Shown: in pieces, positions 31,781-42,278 of the stretch
Layout of the letters: each line of letters begins with the position of its first letter
Position numbering within the stretch: position 1 is the first letter of the stretch
Assembly (NCBI GenBank): GCA_030754885.1
Contig: JASLZL010000017.1
Coordinates: forward strand, 12,999 to 76,998
Reading direction: 5' to 3'
Length of the DNA: 64,000 bases
From: Rhodospirillales bacterium
GTDB lineage: Bacteria; Pseudomonadota; Alphaproteobacteria; Rhodospirillales; JASLLZ01
Position numbers and translations under genes: made by a program
Notes under the pieces: model-generated
Databases searched by the model: none
The model's input: the letters and a program-made list of their open reading frames with translations, nothing else
What the model was told of the DNA's origin: nothing

Positions 31781-32872
31781 ATGGCTAGTGTTCTGGATCG
31801 GAAACCAAGCGGAGAGTTGCGCCGGGGCTGGACCACCGGGGCCTGTGCCACGGCGGCGACGCGGGCCGCCTACACGGCCCTGTTGACGGGTGAATTTCCG
31901 GACCCGGTAACCATCACGCTGCCCCGGGGCGAACGCCCAAGCTTCGCCCTAGCGCGCGAATCGCTTGGGCGGAACGAGGCCATGGCCGCTATCGTCAAGG
32001 ATGCTGGCGACGACCCCGACGTGACCCATTGCACCCAGATCATGGCAACAGTACGTCCCACCGGGCGCGCCGTGACCTTCAAGGCCGGCGAGGGCGTCGG
32101 CACGGTGACCAAACCGGGTCTGCCGTTGGCGGTGGGTGAACCCGCCATCAATCCCGTCCCACGCCGAATGATGACCGAGACCGTGGCTGAAATCGCCGCC
32201 GCCCACGGCCATAACGGCAACGTCGAGATTGAAATCTCGATCCCCGGCGGCGAAGACCTTGCAAAACGCACCATGAACGGCCGGCTTGGCATCCTGGGCG
32301 GGCTTTCGATCCTGGGCACGACGGGCATCGTGGTGCCTTATTCGTGTGCGTCGTGGATCGCCTCGATCCGCCAGGGCATCGACGTCGCCCGCGCCGAAGG
32401 CATCACCCACGCCATCGCCGCCACGGGCTCGGTGTCGGAAGCGGCGGCGCAGGGCATATACGGTGCCCCTGAAAGCGCGCTTCTCGACATGGGCGATTTC
32501 GCCGGGGGGCTTCTCAAATACCTGCGCGACAATCCGATTGGGCGCCTCACCATCGCCGGCGGATTCGCCAAGATCGCCAAGCTGGCGGCAGGAAATATGG
32601 ATCTGCATTCGGGCCGCAGCCAAGTCGATTTCAACCGGCTGGCCGAGATATTGACCGATTTGAACGCCGACCCCGCACTGGTTGACGACGCCCGGCACGC
32701 CAACACCGCGAGCGAGGTTCTGGGTAAGGCGCGCACCGCCGGCCTGGCCCTGGCCGAACACATCGCCAACGACGCTCGAAAGACCTCCCTCAACGTCCTG
32801 GCGGGGGGCATAGAGGTCGAGGTGCTCATTTTCGACCGCGACGGTGCCCTCGTTGGTCGATCGAATGGTTAG
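31781..32872 (+). CDS. cbiD: Cobalt-precorrin-5B C1-methyltransferase
   Basis: LRRGWTTGACATAA, KDAGDDPDVTH, GGLSILGTTGIV, DLHS.RS. Confidence 0.95.
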   Translation: MASVLDRKPSGELRRGWTTGACATAATRAAYTALLTGEFPDPVTITLPRGERPSFALARESLGRNEAMAAIVKDAGDDPDVTHCTQIMATVRPTGRAVTFKAGEGVGTVTKPGLPLAVGEPAINPVPRRMMTETVAEIAAAHGHNGNVEIEISIPGGEDLAKRTMNGRLGILGGLSILGTTGIVVPYSCASWIASIRQGIDVARAEGITHAIAATGSVSEAAAQGIYGAPESALLDMGDFAGGLLKYLRDNPIGRLTIAGGFAKIAKLAAGNMDLHSGRSQVDFNRLAEILTDLNADPALVDDARHANTASEVLGKARTAGLALAEHIANDARKTSLNVLAGGIEVEVLIFDRDGALVGRSNG

Positions 32873-33611
32873 GCCGATGCATCTCCTCATCCTGGGCGGC
32901 ACTGGCGAGGCGGCCGAACTGGCACACCAAACAACAACCCGGCCCGGTCTCAAGGTCACCACCTCGCTGGCTGGGGAAACCCGCAATCCAGCGCGCCTCA
33001 AGGGCGCGGTGCGTAGCGGTAGTTTCGGCGGCGCCGACGGGATGGCTGATTACTTGCGCCAAGCCGGCGTCGATCTTGTGGTTGACGCGACCCATCCCTT
33101 CGCCGCCGTCATCTCCCACAACGTGGCCAAGGCTTGCTCAACCGTCGGTTTGCCCCACGTCCATCTGGTGCGCCCGCCGTGGGAGCGCCAGGAAGGCGAC
33201 ACCTGGATCGAGGTCGACGACCTTACCCAGGCCGCGAAGGCGGTGGCCGGACGGCGCGCCTTCCTGACCATCGGACGGGTTGAGCTCGGGTGGTTTGCCG
33301 GGATGGAGGATAGCTGGTTTCTGGTCCGCGTTATCGATCCACCGGCGGAACCGCCGCCGTTGGCCAACCACCACATCATCGAAGGCCGTCCGCCCTTCAC
33401 CATAGGCGACGAAAGGGCACTCATGTCCGACCACAAGATCGACGTGGTGGTGAGCAAGAACAGCGGCGGCGCGGCCACCTATGCGAAGATCGCCGCCGCC
33501 CGCTCGCTCGCCCTGCCTGTCGTTATGGTGCGCCGCCCGGCACCGCCCGACGGCCCGACGGTCGTCAGCGTTGAGGAAACCCTTGAGTGGCTCGCCACGC
33601 ACCAAGCCTAG
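32865..33611 (+). CDS. cobK: (Cobalt-)precorrin-6A reductase
   Basis: LILGGTGEA, VDATHPFAA, VSKNSGG..TYAKI.AAR. Confidence 0.93.
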   Translation: MVRPMHLLILGGTGEAAELAHQTTTRPGLKVTTSLAGETRNPARLKGAVRSGSFGGADGMADYLRQAGVDLVVDATHPFAAVISHNVAKACSTVGLPHVHLVRPPWERQEGDTWIEVDDLTQAAKAVAGRRAFLTIGRVELGWFAGMEDSWFLVRVIDPPAEPPPLANHHIIEGRPPFTIGDERALMSDHKIDVVVSKNSGGAATYAKIAAARSLALPVVMVRRPAPPDGPTVVSVEETLEWLATHQA

Positions 33612-34375
33612 GACGACTTGCGATGCGGTCGCAGAAGATGAACGTGGGAAGGCGCATAGAGACGACTTTCGGCCGCATCTCCGGCATTGAGAACACGGCC
33701 GACAAGAATTATCGCCGTCCGCGTGATCTTGGCCTCTCGCACCTTGGAGCGGATATCGGCGAGAGTTCCTAAGATGATTTGCTGGTCCGGCCAACTGGCG
33801 CGATAGACCACGGCAACCGGGCAGTCGTCGCCGTAATGGGGGCGGAGATCGGCCGCAACCTGTTTCAAGTTGCGGATCGAAAGGTGGATCGCCAGCGTCG
33901 CCCCCGACGCCCCCAACCGGGCCAGGCTTTCCCCGTCGGGCATGGCTGAGCTTTTCATCGCAGTCCGGGTCAGGATCAGGCTCTGGCTGATTTCGGGCAA
34001 GGTTAATTCGACCCCGAGCGCGGCGGCGGCAGCGGCAAAGGCCGGCACGCCGGGCGTGATGTCGTAGGCGATGTTGAGCGCATCGAGGCGGCGCATCTGC
34101 TCGCCGATGGCCCCATAGAGCGACGGATCGCCCGAATGCACCCGCGCCACGTCATCACCGGCGGCGTCGGCTGTTTTCATCTCGGCAATGATCTCGTTGA
34201 GGGTCAGGGACGCCGTGTCGATCACCCTTGCGCCCTCGGGCGCGGCGGCGACGACGTCGCGCTGCACCAAGGAGCCGGCATAGAGGCAGACCGGGCAGCG
34301 GGCGATCAGATTGTGCCCGCGCAGCGTGATGAGATCGGCCGCCCCTGGCCCGGCACCGATGAAATAAACCGTCAT
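33608..34375 (-). CDS. cobM: Precorrin-4 C11-methyltransferase
   Basis: VYFIGAGPGAADLIT, LYAGSLV, RVHSGDPSLYGA, ASWPDQ. Confidence 0.95.
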   Translation of the reverse strand: MTVYFIGAGPGAADLITLRGHNLIARCPVCLYAGSLVQRDVVAAAPEGARVIDTASLTLNEIIAEMKTADAAGDDVARVHSGDPSLYGAIGEQMRRLDALNIAYDITPGVPAFAAAAAALGVELTLPEISQSLILTRTAMKSSAMPDGESLARLGASGATLAIHLSIRNLKQVAADLRPHYGDDCPVAVVYRASWPDQQIILGTLADIRSKVREAKITRTAIILVGRVLNAGDAAESRLYAPSHVHLLRPHRKSS

Positions 34376-36171
34376 GTCGGGCCCGCCTTGGCGGCGTAAC
34401 CGCGCGGCGTATAGACCCAGGCAGCACCGCCGCGATCAAGGCGCCGTGTCGCCGAAGAGCCGACGATCACCAAGGTCAACATATCAACCCTTTCGGGGGT
34501 CAGTTCGCCCAAGGTGATGAATTCGAGATGTTCGCCGTCGCGCCCCAGATTGCGGGCCAGCACCACGGGCGTCTCGGGCCGCCGGTGGGCCAGCATGATT
34601 TCCCGCGCCCGGGCGAGTTGGCTTTGGCGTCGACCCGAGACCGGATTGTATAGTGCAATCACGAAATCGGCCTCGGCCGCCGCGCTGACCCGCCCCTCGA
34701 TCACCGGCCACGGCGTCAACAGATCGGAGAGCGAGATGGCGCAGAAATCATGACCGAGCGGCGCCCCGGCGCGCGCCGCGGCGGCCTGCATCGCCGAAAC
34801 ACCGGGCGCCACGCTGATCGCGACCCGGTTCCACTCGGCGCGGTCGTGGCGCTCCAATTCCTCGAACACCAAGGCCGCCATGGCATAGATGCCGGCGTCC
34901 CCCGATGAGACCAATGCCACCCGCCGACCCTGGGCGGCGCACTCGATGGCGTGACGCACCCGCTCTTGTTCCTCGCCCAACCCGAAATCGTGACGCGTCT
35001 TGCCGTCGATCAGCGGCCCCAGAAGGTCGAGATAGAGGCGATACCCCATCACATCGTCGGCCTCGGTAATGGCGGCGTCGGCCTCCGGCGTGCGCCAATC
35101 CGCCGTCCCCGGCCCGATGCCGACGACGGCGAGCGTGCCTTGCGGCCGACCGGCGGTCCCGGCGTCGATGGGTTCGGGCGCCCGGGCAATGGCGCAGGTG
35201 GCGCGCCGGCTCTTGCGCTTGGCGACAATCAGCTCAGCCTCGGGCCCGGCGGCGGCAAGGGCGGCGGCCTCGGCTACGCCATGGGCGCCGACCGCCCGGA
35301 AAACAGTCTCCGACGGATTGGCGAGACGCGGCGTCTCGGCTTCCAGCCGCGGCGCGTTAAAAAACCGGGCCGGGACGTTCATTGCATTTGCCAGCGCGTG
35401 GATCGCCGCTTCATCGGACTTGAGATCGAGGGAGAAAACCCCCGCCACCGCGCCTGCGGCCAGTCCCGCGTCGGCCAGGGTCTCACGCACTAAGTCCCGC
35501 ACTTCCTCGGGCGCGGTATCGCGTTCGCATCCCACGCCCAGCGCCAGGGTCGCCGGGTGGTAAACGAGACAGGCCGGGCCGCCGTCCCGCACCCGATCGG
35601 TGACCGCGATGGTCAAGTCGCCCGCATCGGCGAACGGAATACTGCTTTCGTCCAGCCACGCAGCGTTCCCGTCGATCTTCACCTCGGCGCCGGCCAACAG
35701 ATCGGCCATGAAGGGCTTTGCGTCTTGCGGATTGGCCAGGCGCCAACCGGCTGGCGGCGCGTCAAGCGCAACGCCGAACCTGACATCACCGGCCGTAGTG
35801 AGGGCTGGCGCAACGCCAAGGGCAACGCCGATCGCGCGGGCCAGGTCGTTGCCTCCCCGATGGCCGCCGAGAAGCGGCACCACGGCGCTTGCGTCTTCGG
35901 CCACGGCAACGGCCGGCGGCTCGGCCCCTTTATCACCGAGAGCGGGCGCCAGAACGCGAATGAGGGCGCCCGCCGCGCAGACCCCGATGATCGGCGTACC
36001 GCCCGCAAACAGCCTGCGCGCATGGGCGGTAAACGAATCGAACGTCGCCTCGCCCCCGTCCACCCGCCCGGCTCGGCCGTGGATCAGGGCGCCGTCGAGC
36101 CCATCGCGGATACGCCGGGCCGTGGCAAGCCCGCTGGGGCCGAGGACCAAGATTGCCGCGCCGGTCCTCAT
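34372..36171 (-). CDS. cobJ: CbiG-CobJ fusion (cobalt-precorrin-5A hydrolase-like + precorrin-3B C17-methyltransferase)
   Basis: N-terminal PLLGGHRGGN, LGVGCER, GVAEAAAL (CbiG); C-terminal VGIGPG, SSGDAGIY, HDFCAISLSDLLTPW, YTPRGY (CobJ). Confidence 0.92.
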   Translation of the reverse strand: MRTGAAILVLGPSGLATARRIRDGLDGALIHGRAGRVDGGEATFDSFTAHARRLFAGGTPIIGVCAAGALIRVLAPALGDKGAEPPAVAVAEDASAVVPLLGGHRGGNDLARAIGVALGVAPALTTAGDVRFGVALDAPPAGWRLANPQDAKPFMADLLAGAEVKIDGNAAWLDESSIPFADAGDLTIAVTDRVRDGGPACLVYHPATLALGVGCERDTAPEEVRDLVRETLADAGLAAGAVAGVFSLDLKSDEAAIHALANAMNVPARFFNAPRLEAETPRLANPSETVFRAVGAHGVAEAAALAAAGPEAELIVAKRKSRRATCAIARAPEPIDAGTAGRPQGTLAVVGIGPGTADWRTPEADAAITEADDVMGYRLYLDLLGPLIDGKTRHDFGLGEEQERVRHAIECAAQGRRVALVSSGDAGIYAMAALVFEELERHDRAEWNRVAISVAPGVSAMQAAAARAGAPLGHDFCAISLSDLLTPWPVIEGRVSAAAEADFVIALYNPVSGRRQSQLARAREIMLAHRRPETPVVLARNLGRDGEHLEFITLGELTPERVDMLTLVIVGSSATRRLDRGGAAWVYTPRGYAAKAGPT

Positions 36172-36878
36172 CGCCAGGCCTCGCCGCGCTGGTGCACCAA
36201 GACCATCGAGAAATAAGGCGCGCTGGCCTCATCCACCTCGTCGAGGGTCAGGATGCGCTGGCTCGTCATCGTTGCGTGCTCGACATAGCGGGCGCGGGCC
36301 GTCATGCCGAGATCGGCCAGCACGCGCCGGACCTTGGCGAAGTGACGCCCGACCTTAATGATCGCCGCCGCGTCGATGTGTTCGAGCTGGGCCTTAAGCT
36401 CGGCCTCGTCAAGCGGCGCCGGAATCACGTTCAACACGTCGTTGCGCGCGGCAAGGGGCGCGCCGAGTGCCGCCGAACAGGCCATCAACGAAGACACGCC
36501 GGGCACCACCTCGACCGGAAAATCGGTAACCACGCGCTCGAACAAATACATGAAAGAGCCGTAGAAAAACGGATCGCCCTCGCAAATTGCCGCGACATCG
36601 CACCCGGCCGCCAGGTGCCCGGCGATCTCGACAGCCGCCTGATCATAGACCTCTTGCGCCGGAAAGCGCTGGGCCACGATGGGTATGCGGATGGCGATCT
36701 CAATTTGGCCCTCGGTCATATGGGGCGCGACGATGGAACGGGCCAGGGAGTCGCCCTCGACGGGCGCGGGGTAGGCGACGACGGGAACAGCGCGCAGGAT
36801 CTTGAGCGCCTTGAGGGTGATCAGATCGGGATCGCCCGGCCCGACGCCCAAGCCGTAAAGGGTGCCCGTGGCGGTCAT
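36168..36878 (-). CDS. cobI: Precorrin-2 C20-methyltransferase
   Basis: LYGLGVGPGDPDLITLKA, CEGDPFFYGSF, PYFSMV. Confidence 0.94.
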   Translation of the reverse strand: MTATGTLYGLGVGPGDPDLITLKALKILRAVPVVAYPAPVEGDSLARSIVAPHMTEGQIEIAIRIPIVAQRFPAQEVYDQAAVEIAGHLAAGCDVAAICEGDPFFYGSFMYLFERVVTDFPVEVVPGVSSLMACSAALGAPLAARNDVLNVIPAPLDEAELKAQLEHIDAAAIIKVGRHFAKVRRVLADLGMTARARYVEHATMTSQRILTLDEVDEASAPYFSMVLVHQRGEAWR

Positions 36879-38083
36879 GGTTTGACTTTCGAAAATTGTG
36901 TCACGGTGCGGAGCGGCTGCCAGCCGGTGAACCGTCCAATCGGCGCGGCGTGGGAAACGGCGATACGCACCACGTCGCCACCGAGTTTACGCCGCCAGCG
37001 CAGAACCGCCTCCTCGCCCTCAAGGGTGACGACGTTGACCACCAGGCGGCCGCCCGAAGCCAGGGCCCGCCAACAGCGGCGAACGAGCACATCGTCCTGG
37101 CCGCCGCCGCCGATGAAGACGGCGTCCGGCTTGGCCAATCCGGCGAGGGCGGCCGGCGCCTCTCCGGCAACGATTTGGAGCCCCGGCACGCCCAACCGGG
37201 CCGCGTTGGTGGCGATATGGCGGACACGCTTCGCGTTACGTTCGATGGTCACGGCGCGGGCACCGGACGCGGAACGCATCCACTCGATGGCGATGGCGCC
37301 GCTGCCCGCGCCGACGTCCCACAAGAGCTGCCTGGGCAGGGGACCGAGTGCGGCCAGGGTCGCGGCGCGCACCTGGCGCTTGGTGATCTGGCCGTCATGG
37401 GTGAAGGCGCCGTCGGGCAGGCCCGGAACGCGCGCCAGCGCCATGGTCCCGGCGTCGGCCACGCAGGCCACCGCGATGGTGTTGAGATCGGCGATTTTGC
37501 GCGCCCGCCAAGCCGCCGCCGTGCCCTCGACCACTCGTTCGCGGGCTCCGTCCATGTGCTCGAATACCCATATCCGGCTGGCCCCGAAGCCCCCGGCCAC
37601 CAGGGACTTGGCGACCTTGCCCGGCGTCTTTCCATCCCTGCTCAGCAACAACAGCCGGGCGCCCGGATGAAGGTGGGCGTTCAACAGATCAAGCGGCCGT
37701 GCGTGTAGCGAAATCGCCTCGACCTCGGCCATGGGCCAGCCAAGCCGGGCACAGGCCAGACTGAAGGCCGACGGCACCGACATGATCGTCATCTCGGTAA
37801 TGGGGATATGGCGGGTCAATGTGGCGCCGATGCCGAAGAACAGGGGATCGCCCGTCGCCAGCACACACACCAGCCGGCCCTTGAGGGCCTTAATATCAGA
37901 AACGACGTCAAGCAGCGGCGCGCGCCACGCTATGCGCTCTCGTCCATCTTCGTCAATCATGGCCAGGTGGCGCGTCCCACCGACCAGCACCTCGGCGCCG
38001 TCGATCAACGCCCGCGCCCTCGACGACACATCATCAAGGCCCCCTTCGCCGATCCCGACGACGCTCAGCCAGCGCGCCGTCAC
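36875..38083 (-). CDS. cobL: Precorrin-6B C5,C15-methyltransferase (CbiE-CbiT / CobL)
   Basis: LSVVGIGE, LATGDPLFFGIG, DGQITK..VR, LWDVGAGSG, PDAVFIGGG. Confidence 0.93.
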   Translation of the reverse strand: MTARWLSVVGIGEGGLDDVSSRARALIDGAEVLVGGTRHLAMIDEDGRERIAWRAPLLDVVSDIKALKGRLVCVLATGDPLFFGIGATLTRHIPITEMTIMSVPSAFSLACARLGWPMAEVEAISLHARPLDLLNAHLHPGARLLLLSRDGKTPGKVAKSLVAGGFGASRIWVFEHMDGARERVVEGTAAAWRARKIADLNTIAVACVADAGTMALARVPGLPDGAFTHDGQITKRQVRAATLAALGPLPRQLLWDVGAGSGAIAIEWMRSASGARAVTIERNAKRVRHIATNAARLGVPGLQIVAGEAPAALAGLAKPDAVFIGGGGQDDVLVRRCWRALASGGRLVVNVVTLEGEEAVLRWRRKLGGDVVRIAVSHAAPIGRFTGWQPLRTVTQFSKVKP

Positions 38084-38706
38084 GGCGACTCTCCGCCGAG
38101 CGCGTTGACGGCGGCAGCGGCCAACGCACTGCCACCGCGCCGGCCACGAAGCGTCAGATACGTCAGGTCCGATCCGTCGGCGATCAGCGCGTCCTTCGAT
38201 TCGGCGGCGCCGACAAAGCCAACTGGAAAGGCAAGGATTGCCGCCGGCCTCGGCGCGCCGTCGGCAAGCAGCTCCAACAGCCGAAACAACGCCGTCGGCG
38301 CGTTGCCGATCGCAACGACGGCGTCGGCCAGCAGTGGCGGCCAAAGCTCAACCGCAGCCGCCGAGCGCGTTGAGCCGGCCTCGGCCGCCCGCGCTTTGAC
38401 TGTTGGCTCGCCAAGAGTGCAGATGACTTTGTTATTGGCCGGAAGGCGGGCCCGGGTTACCCCCTCGCCCACCATTTTAGCGTCAACGATCACGGTAGCG
38501 CCGGCGTCGAGCGCGGTCCGGCCCCGCGCTACCACATCGCCACCCCAAGCCAGGTCGCCGACAATGTCGGGCATGGCGCAGGCATGAACCAAGCGTAGCG
38601 CAACCTCGGCCAGATCTGGGTCCAAGCCGTCAAAATCCGCCTCTGCCCGCGCCGTTGCGAACGAACGGCGGTAGATTTCTTCCGGCGTACGCAGATAGTC
38701 GATCAT
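38080..38706 (-). CDS. cobH: Precorrin-8X methylmutase
   Basis: IYRRSFA, TRSAAA, IGNAPTALF, PVGFVGAAESK, GRRGGS. Confidence 0.95.
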   Translation of the reverse strand: MIDYLRTPEEIYRRSFATARAEADFDGLDPDLAEVALRLVHACAMPDIVGDLAWGGDVVARGRTALDAGATVIVDAKMVGEGVTRARLPANNKVICTLGEPTVKARAAEAGSTRSAAAVELWPPLLADAVVAIGNAPTALFRLLELLADGAPRPAAILAFPVGFVGAAESKDALIADGSDLTYLTLRGRRGGSALAAAAVNALGGESP

Positions 38707-39728
38707 GTCGAGCCGTCACCCGACTTGTCGTGAACTTCCGCTTTCATACTTCTGGGGCCAAGCGGATGGTCGGCTTGGACGTAGGGATGGTGCCCGTGGC
38801 TGTGATCGTGGCTGTGGCCATGATCGTGACCATGGCCGTGATCGTGGGCCTCGCCGGTGCCGATGCCCTCGACATGGTGGTGGTGACTTTCCTGAACCAA
38901 CCCGACTTCGTCTTCGAATCCCAGTGCCTGTTCGCGATACTTACAGAGCGAACAATTCATGGCATTGGTGCCGTCAAGAATCTCCCCAACCCTTTCGGCG
39001 AAAGCATCAAGCACCAACGGATGGTCGTTGAGGTAGGGGGCCTTGATGAACTGGATGTCTGGATGGCGGGCCTGGACGACGTCGACGTAATGATAGATGC
39101 GTTTGACCAAGATGCCGGTGAACAGAAAATAGGGAAAAACGATGATCCGTTTGTAACCCAGCCTAGCGGCATGATCGAGCGCCGGTTCGGTCAGCGGAAA
39201 AGTAACCCCGGAATACCCAGTCTCACCCCAGCCAAAGCCCTTGCCCTCCCAAAGCAGACGGGTGATTTTCGAAATGTTGGAATTGGCGTCGGGGTCCGAA
39301 GTGCCGCGCCCGATCACCATCAGCATGGTTTCCGTCATCGGCACCGTGTCGTCGACCTGGTCCAGGGCTTCCTGCACGCGGTCGCCGGCGGCGCGAATCA
39401 GCTTTAAATCGATGGCGAGATCGCGGCCGAGGCGAATTGAGACACCTGGATGCTCCGCCGCATACGTATTAAGGACCGATGGCACGTCGTTTTTGACATG
39501 CCCGGCGGCAAACAACATCCCGGGGATAGCCAGGATATCGGTCACGCCCCTGGCGATAAGCGCGTCGAGTCCATGGCGGATGATCGGCGTCGCAAATTCC
39601 AAGAACCCGCTTTCGACATCGTATTGTGGCAGACGCTCGGCGATCCCGCGCGCGACCGCTTGGAATTGCTGCACCGCGTCAGCATCGCGGCTGCCATGGC
39701 CACACACCATTACTCCCATCTTCGACAT
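38703..39728 (-). CDS. cbiX: Long-form CbiX chelatase family protein with MNCxxC motif and His-rich tail
   Basis: CGHGSRD, FLEFATP, FAAGHVKND, GRGTSDPDAN, PYFLFTG, MNCSLCKY, HHHHVEG, HDHGH repeats. Confidence 0.9.
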   Translation of the reverse strand: MSKMGVMVCGHGSRDADAVQQFQAVARGIAERLPQYDVESGFLEFATPIIRHGLDALIARGVTDILAIPGMLFAAGHVKNDVPSVLNTYAAEHPGVSIRLGRDLAIDLKLIRAAGDRVQEALDQVDDTVPMTETMLMVIGRGTSDPDANSNISKITRLLWEGKGFGWGETGYSGVTFPLTEPALDHAARLGYKRIIVFPYFLFTGILVKRIYHYVDVVQARHPDIQFIKAPYLNDHPLVLDAFAERVGEILDGTNAMNCSLCKYREQALGFEDEVGLVQESHHHHVEGIGTGEAHDHGHGHDHGHSHDHSHGHHPYVQADHPLGPRSMKAEVHDKSGDGST

Positions 39729-39802
39729 GCTGTATCCCTCATTCAAAATAGACATGACAATGACGCGTTGACCGGACGCGACGCCCGTTCCATCCTCGTG
39801 TC

Positions 39803-40792
39803 ATGGTGATTCCTTGGTTGCCGCCCTACCCGGACGGTACAAGCATTCTGATCGTTCTCCTCATCGCGCTGGCGATCGACGCCGTTGCCGGCGACCCGGC
39901 TTGGCTCTATCGCGCCATTCCCCATCCGGTTGCCGTCTTGGGCCGTACCGTCGCGGTCCTTGAGGCGCGCTGGAACGACGGCCAAGCCACTCCCGCCCGG
40001 CGGCGACGGCTGGGCGCGTTGAGCGTATTGCTGATTATCGCCGGCGCCACCGGTTTTGCCTGGGCGCTCACTTATGGTTTGCGCCAATTCTCCTGGGGCT
40101 GGGGTGTCGAGGCCGTTGCGGCGAGCACGCTGATCGCCTTTCGCGGGCTCCACGATCATGTTCGCACCGTGGCATCGGCGCTTGATCAAGGGACCGGGTC
40201 CGGACGGCAGGCAGTGGCCGAGATTGTCGGGCGCGATCCCGCCAGCCTTGATGGACCGGGCATCGCCCGCGCCGCCATCGAATCGGCGGCCGAGAATTTT
40301 GCCGACGGGGTGATCGCGCCGGCATTTTGGTTTCTTGTCGCGGGCCTGCCGGGCATGGCCGCCTACAAGGCCATCAACACGCTGGATTCCATGATCGGGT
40401 ATCGCTCGTCCAGGCATGCTGATTTCGGCCGCGTTGCCGCTCGCCTCGACGACGTAGCCAACGTTCTGCCGGCGCGTATCGCGGGTGGCCTGATCGTAAT
40501 TGCCGCTGCCGCAATCCCCGGCGCCAGCGCGACCAAAGCGTGGCGCGCCATGATGCGCGACGCATCCCGCCATCACTCGCCCAATGCCGGCTGGCCGGAG
40601 GCGGCGATGGCCGGAGCCCTCGGTCTGGCCTTGGCCGGCCCCAGGCAGTATGCGGGCGAAACGGTGGACGGCGCGTGGATGGGAAACGGGCGGCGTGACG
40701 CCAACAACCACGATATCCGCCGCGCGCTCGTCATCTATCTCGGTGCCGGAGCCATTGTGGTCGTGCTGGCAGCCATGGGATTGCTGTCGTGA
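39803..40792 (+). CDS. cbiB: Adenosylcobinamide-phosphate synthase (CbiB; CobD in P. denitrificans naming)
   Basis: HPV, IVGRD, ESAAEN..DGVIAP, YKAINTLDSMIGY, SPNAGWPEAAMA. Confidence 0.95.
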   Translation: MVIPWLPPYPDGTSILIVLLIALAIDAVAGDPAWLYRAIPHPVAVLGRTVAVLEARWNDGQATPARRRRLGALSVLLIIAGATGFAWALTYGLRQFSWGWGVEAVAASTLIAFRGLHDHVRTVASALDQGTGSGRQAVAEIVGRDPASLDGPGIARAAIESAAENFADGVIAPAFWFLVAGLPGMAAYKAINTLDSMIGYRSSRHADFGRVAARLDDVANVLPARIAGGLIVIAAAAIPGASATKAWRAMMRDASRHHSPNAGWPEAAMAGALGLALAGPRQYAGETVDGAWMGNGRRDANNHDIRRALVIYLGAGAIVVVLAAMGLLS

Positions 40793-40796
40793 TTGC

Positions 40797-42278
40797 TCAA
40801 CGGGCACGGGCCACCTCCAAGATACGCTTAACGTCGAGATGACGCTCGAGATGCCCGGCCAGGCGGTCGAGCACACCGTCGATCTCAGCTTCATAATTGA
40901 GGCCGCTCGGCGTCCGCGTCCTGATGCGATCGAGAAAGGCATGGCGGAACCCGTCGGCTGAGAACATTCCATGCAGATAGGCGCCCCGCACCCTTCCGTC
41001 GGGGGAAACAGCGCCGTCCGGACGGTCGCCGTCAAGGTGAAACATGGGGCGTCGGGTGTCGGGGCCGGTGGTGCGACCCATGTGCATCTCAAACCCGGTG
41101 ACACGTTCGCCCGTCGCGGTATCAATGCCCTCTGCCTCGGTGAGGGTTTTGCCCTTTTCGAGTTTGGTCTCGACGTTGAGCAGGCCAAGGCCCGGATCGG
41201 ATCCTGCTCGGCCTTCGATACCGTCTGGGTCGCGGACGTTACGGCCCAGTATTTGGTAGCCACCGCAGATACCAAGCACCGCCCGACCCCGCCGGTGGTG
41301 CGCCAAGATATCGATATCCCAGCCCTGGGCGCGTAGAAACGCGAGATCGCCGAGTGTCGACTTGCTGCCCGGCAGGACGATGAGATCGGCGTCGCCAGGA
41401 ATGGCGCGCCCCGGCGCCACCATGTCAAGGGCCACGTCGGGCTCGGCTGCAAGCGGATCGAAGTCGTCGAAATTAGCGATCCGCGAGAGCACCGGGACCG
41501 CGATGCGAATGGGCCGACTGTCTCGCGGGCCAACCGCACGCCAAGGCTGCTCGACCGCGACCGCGTCTTCGGCTGGGAGACGCCCTGCATCGGCAAAATA
41601 TGGAACGATTCCCATAGATTCGAGCCCGGTGCGCGCGCCGATGGCGGCCAAGCCCCCTTCGAACAATTCGGGATCGCCACGGAACTTGTTGACGATATAG
41701 CCCTTCATGCGGGCACGGGCGGCAGGTGCCAGCAAACCCATCGTCCCAACGATGCTGGCGATAACGCCACCCCGGTCTATGTCGCCGACCAGCAGCGCGG
41801 GCACGTCGGCAGCGTCGGCGAAACCCATATTGGCAAGGTCCGGTCCGGGCAGGTTGATCTCGGCAGGACTGCCGGCGCCCTCAACCACCACCAGATCGGC
41901 TTCAGCCGAGAGGCGGGCAAAGCTTTCCAGCACCGCGGGCATAAGCGCACTCTTGGTCGATTGAAATTCGCGCGCTTTGGCCGTACCGCGCAACTGACCG
42001 TGAACGACGATCTGGGCGCCGGTATCGGTCTCGGGTTTCAACAAAACCGGGTTCATGTCGAAGGAAGGCGCCACGCCGCAGGCGCGCGCCTGCAATGCCT
42101 GGGCACGCCCAATTTCGCCACCGCCTTGAATTACGGCGGCGTTATTGGACATGTTCTGGGGCTTGAATGGGCGTACCGCGAGGCCCAACCGGGTGTAGGC
42201 GCGGCACAATCCAGCGACGATCAGCGACTTGCCGACATCGGAACCCGTGCCCTGCATCATGATCGCCGCAACGCTCAA
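40797..42278 (-). CDS. cobQ: Cobyric acid synthase
   Basis: QGTGSDVGKS, FKPQNMSNN, EGAGSPAEINL, GICGGYQ, YLHG. Confidence 0.96.
   Translation of the reverse strand: MSVAAIMMQGTGSDVGKSLIVAGLCRAYTRLGLAVRPFKPQNMSNNAAVIQGGGEIGRAQALQARACGVAPSFDMNPVLLKPETDTGAQIVVHGQLRGTAKAREFQSTKSALMPAVLESFARLSAEADLVVVEGAGSPAEINLPGPDLANMGFADAADVPALLVGDIDRGGVIASIVGTMGLLAPAARARMKGYIVNKFRGDPELFEGGLAAIGARTGLESMGIVPYFADAGRLPAEDAVAVEQPWRAVGPRDSRPIRIAVPVLSRIANFDDFDPLAAEPDVALDMVAPGRAIPGDADLIVLPGSKSTLGDLAFLRAQGWDIDILAHHRRGRAVLGICGGYQILGRNVRDPDGIEGRAGSDPGLGLLNVETKLEKGKTLTEAEGIDTATGERVTGFEMHMGRTTGPDTRRPMFHLDGDRPDGAVSPDGRVRGAYLHGMFSADGFRHAFLDRIRTRTPSGLNYEAEIDGVLDRLAGHLERHLDVKRILEVARAR

Noticed and set aside
36153-37670. 505-aa plus-strand ORF and similar long antisense ORFs (21032-22372, 42952-44352)
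   Set aside because: Shadows of well-supported genes on the opposite strand.
39743-41680. 645-aa minus-strand ORF
   Set aside because: Alternative frame of cobQ running antisense through cbiB; both real genes are intact.
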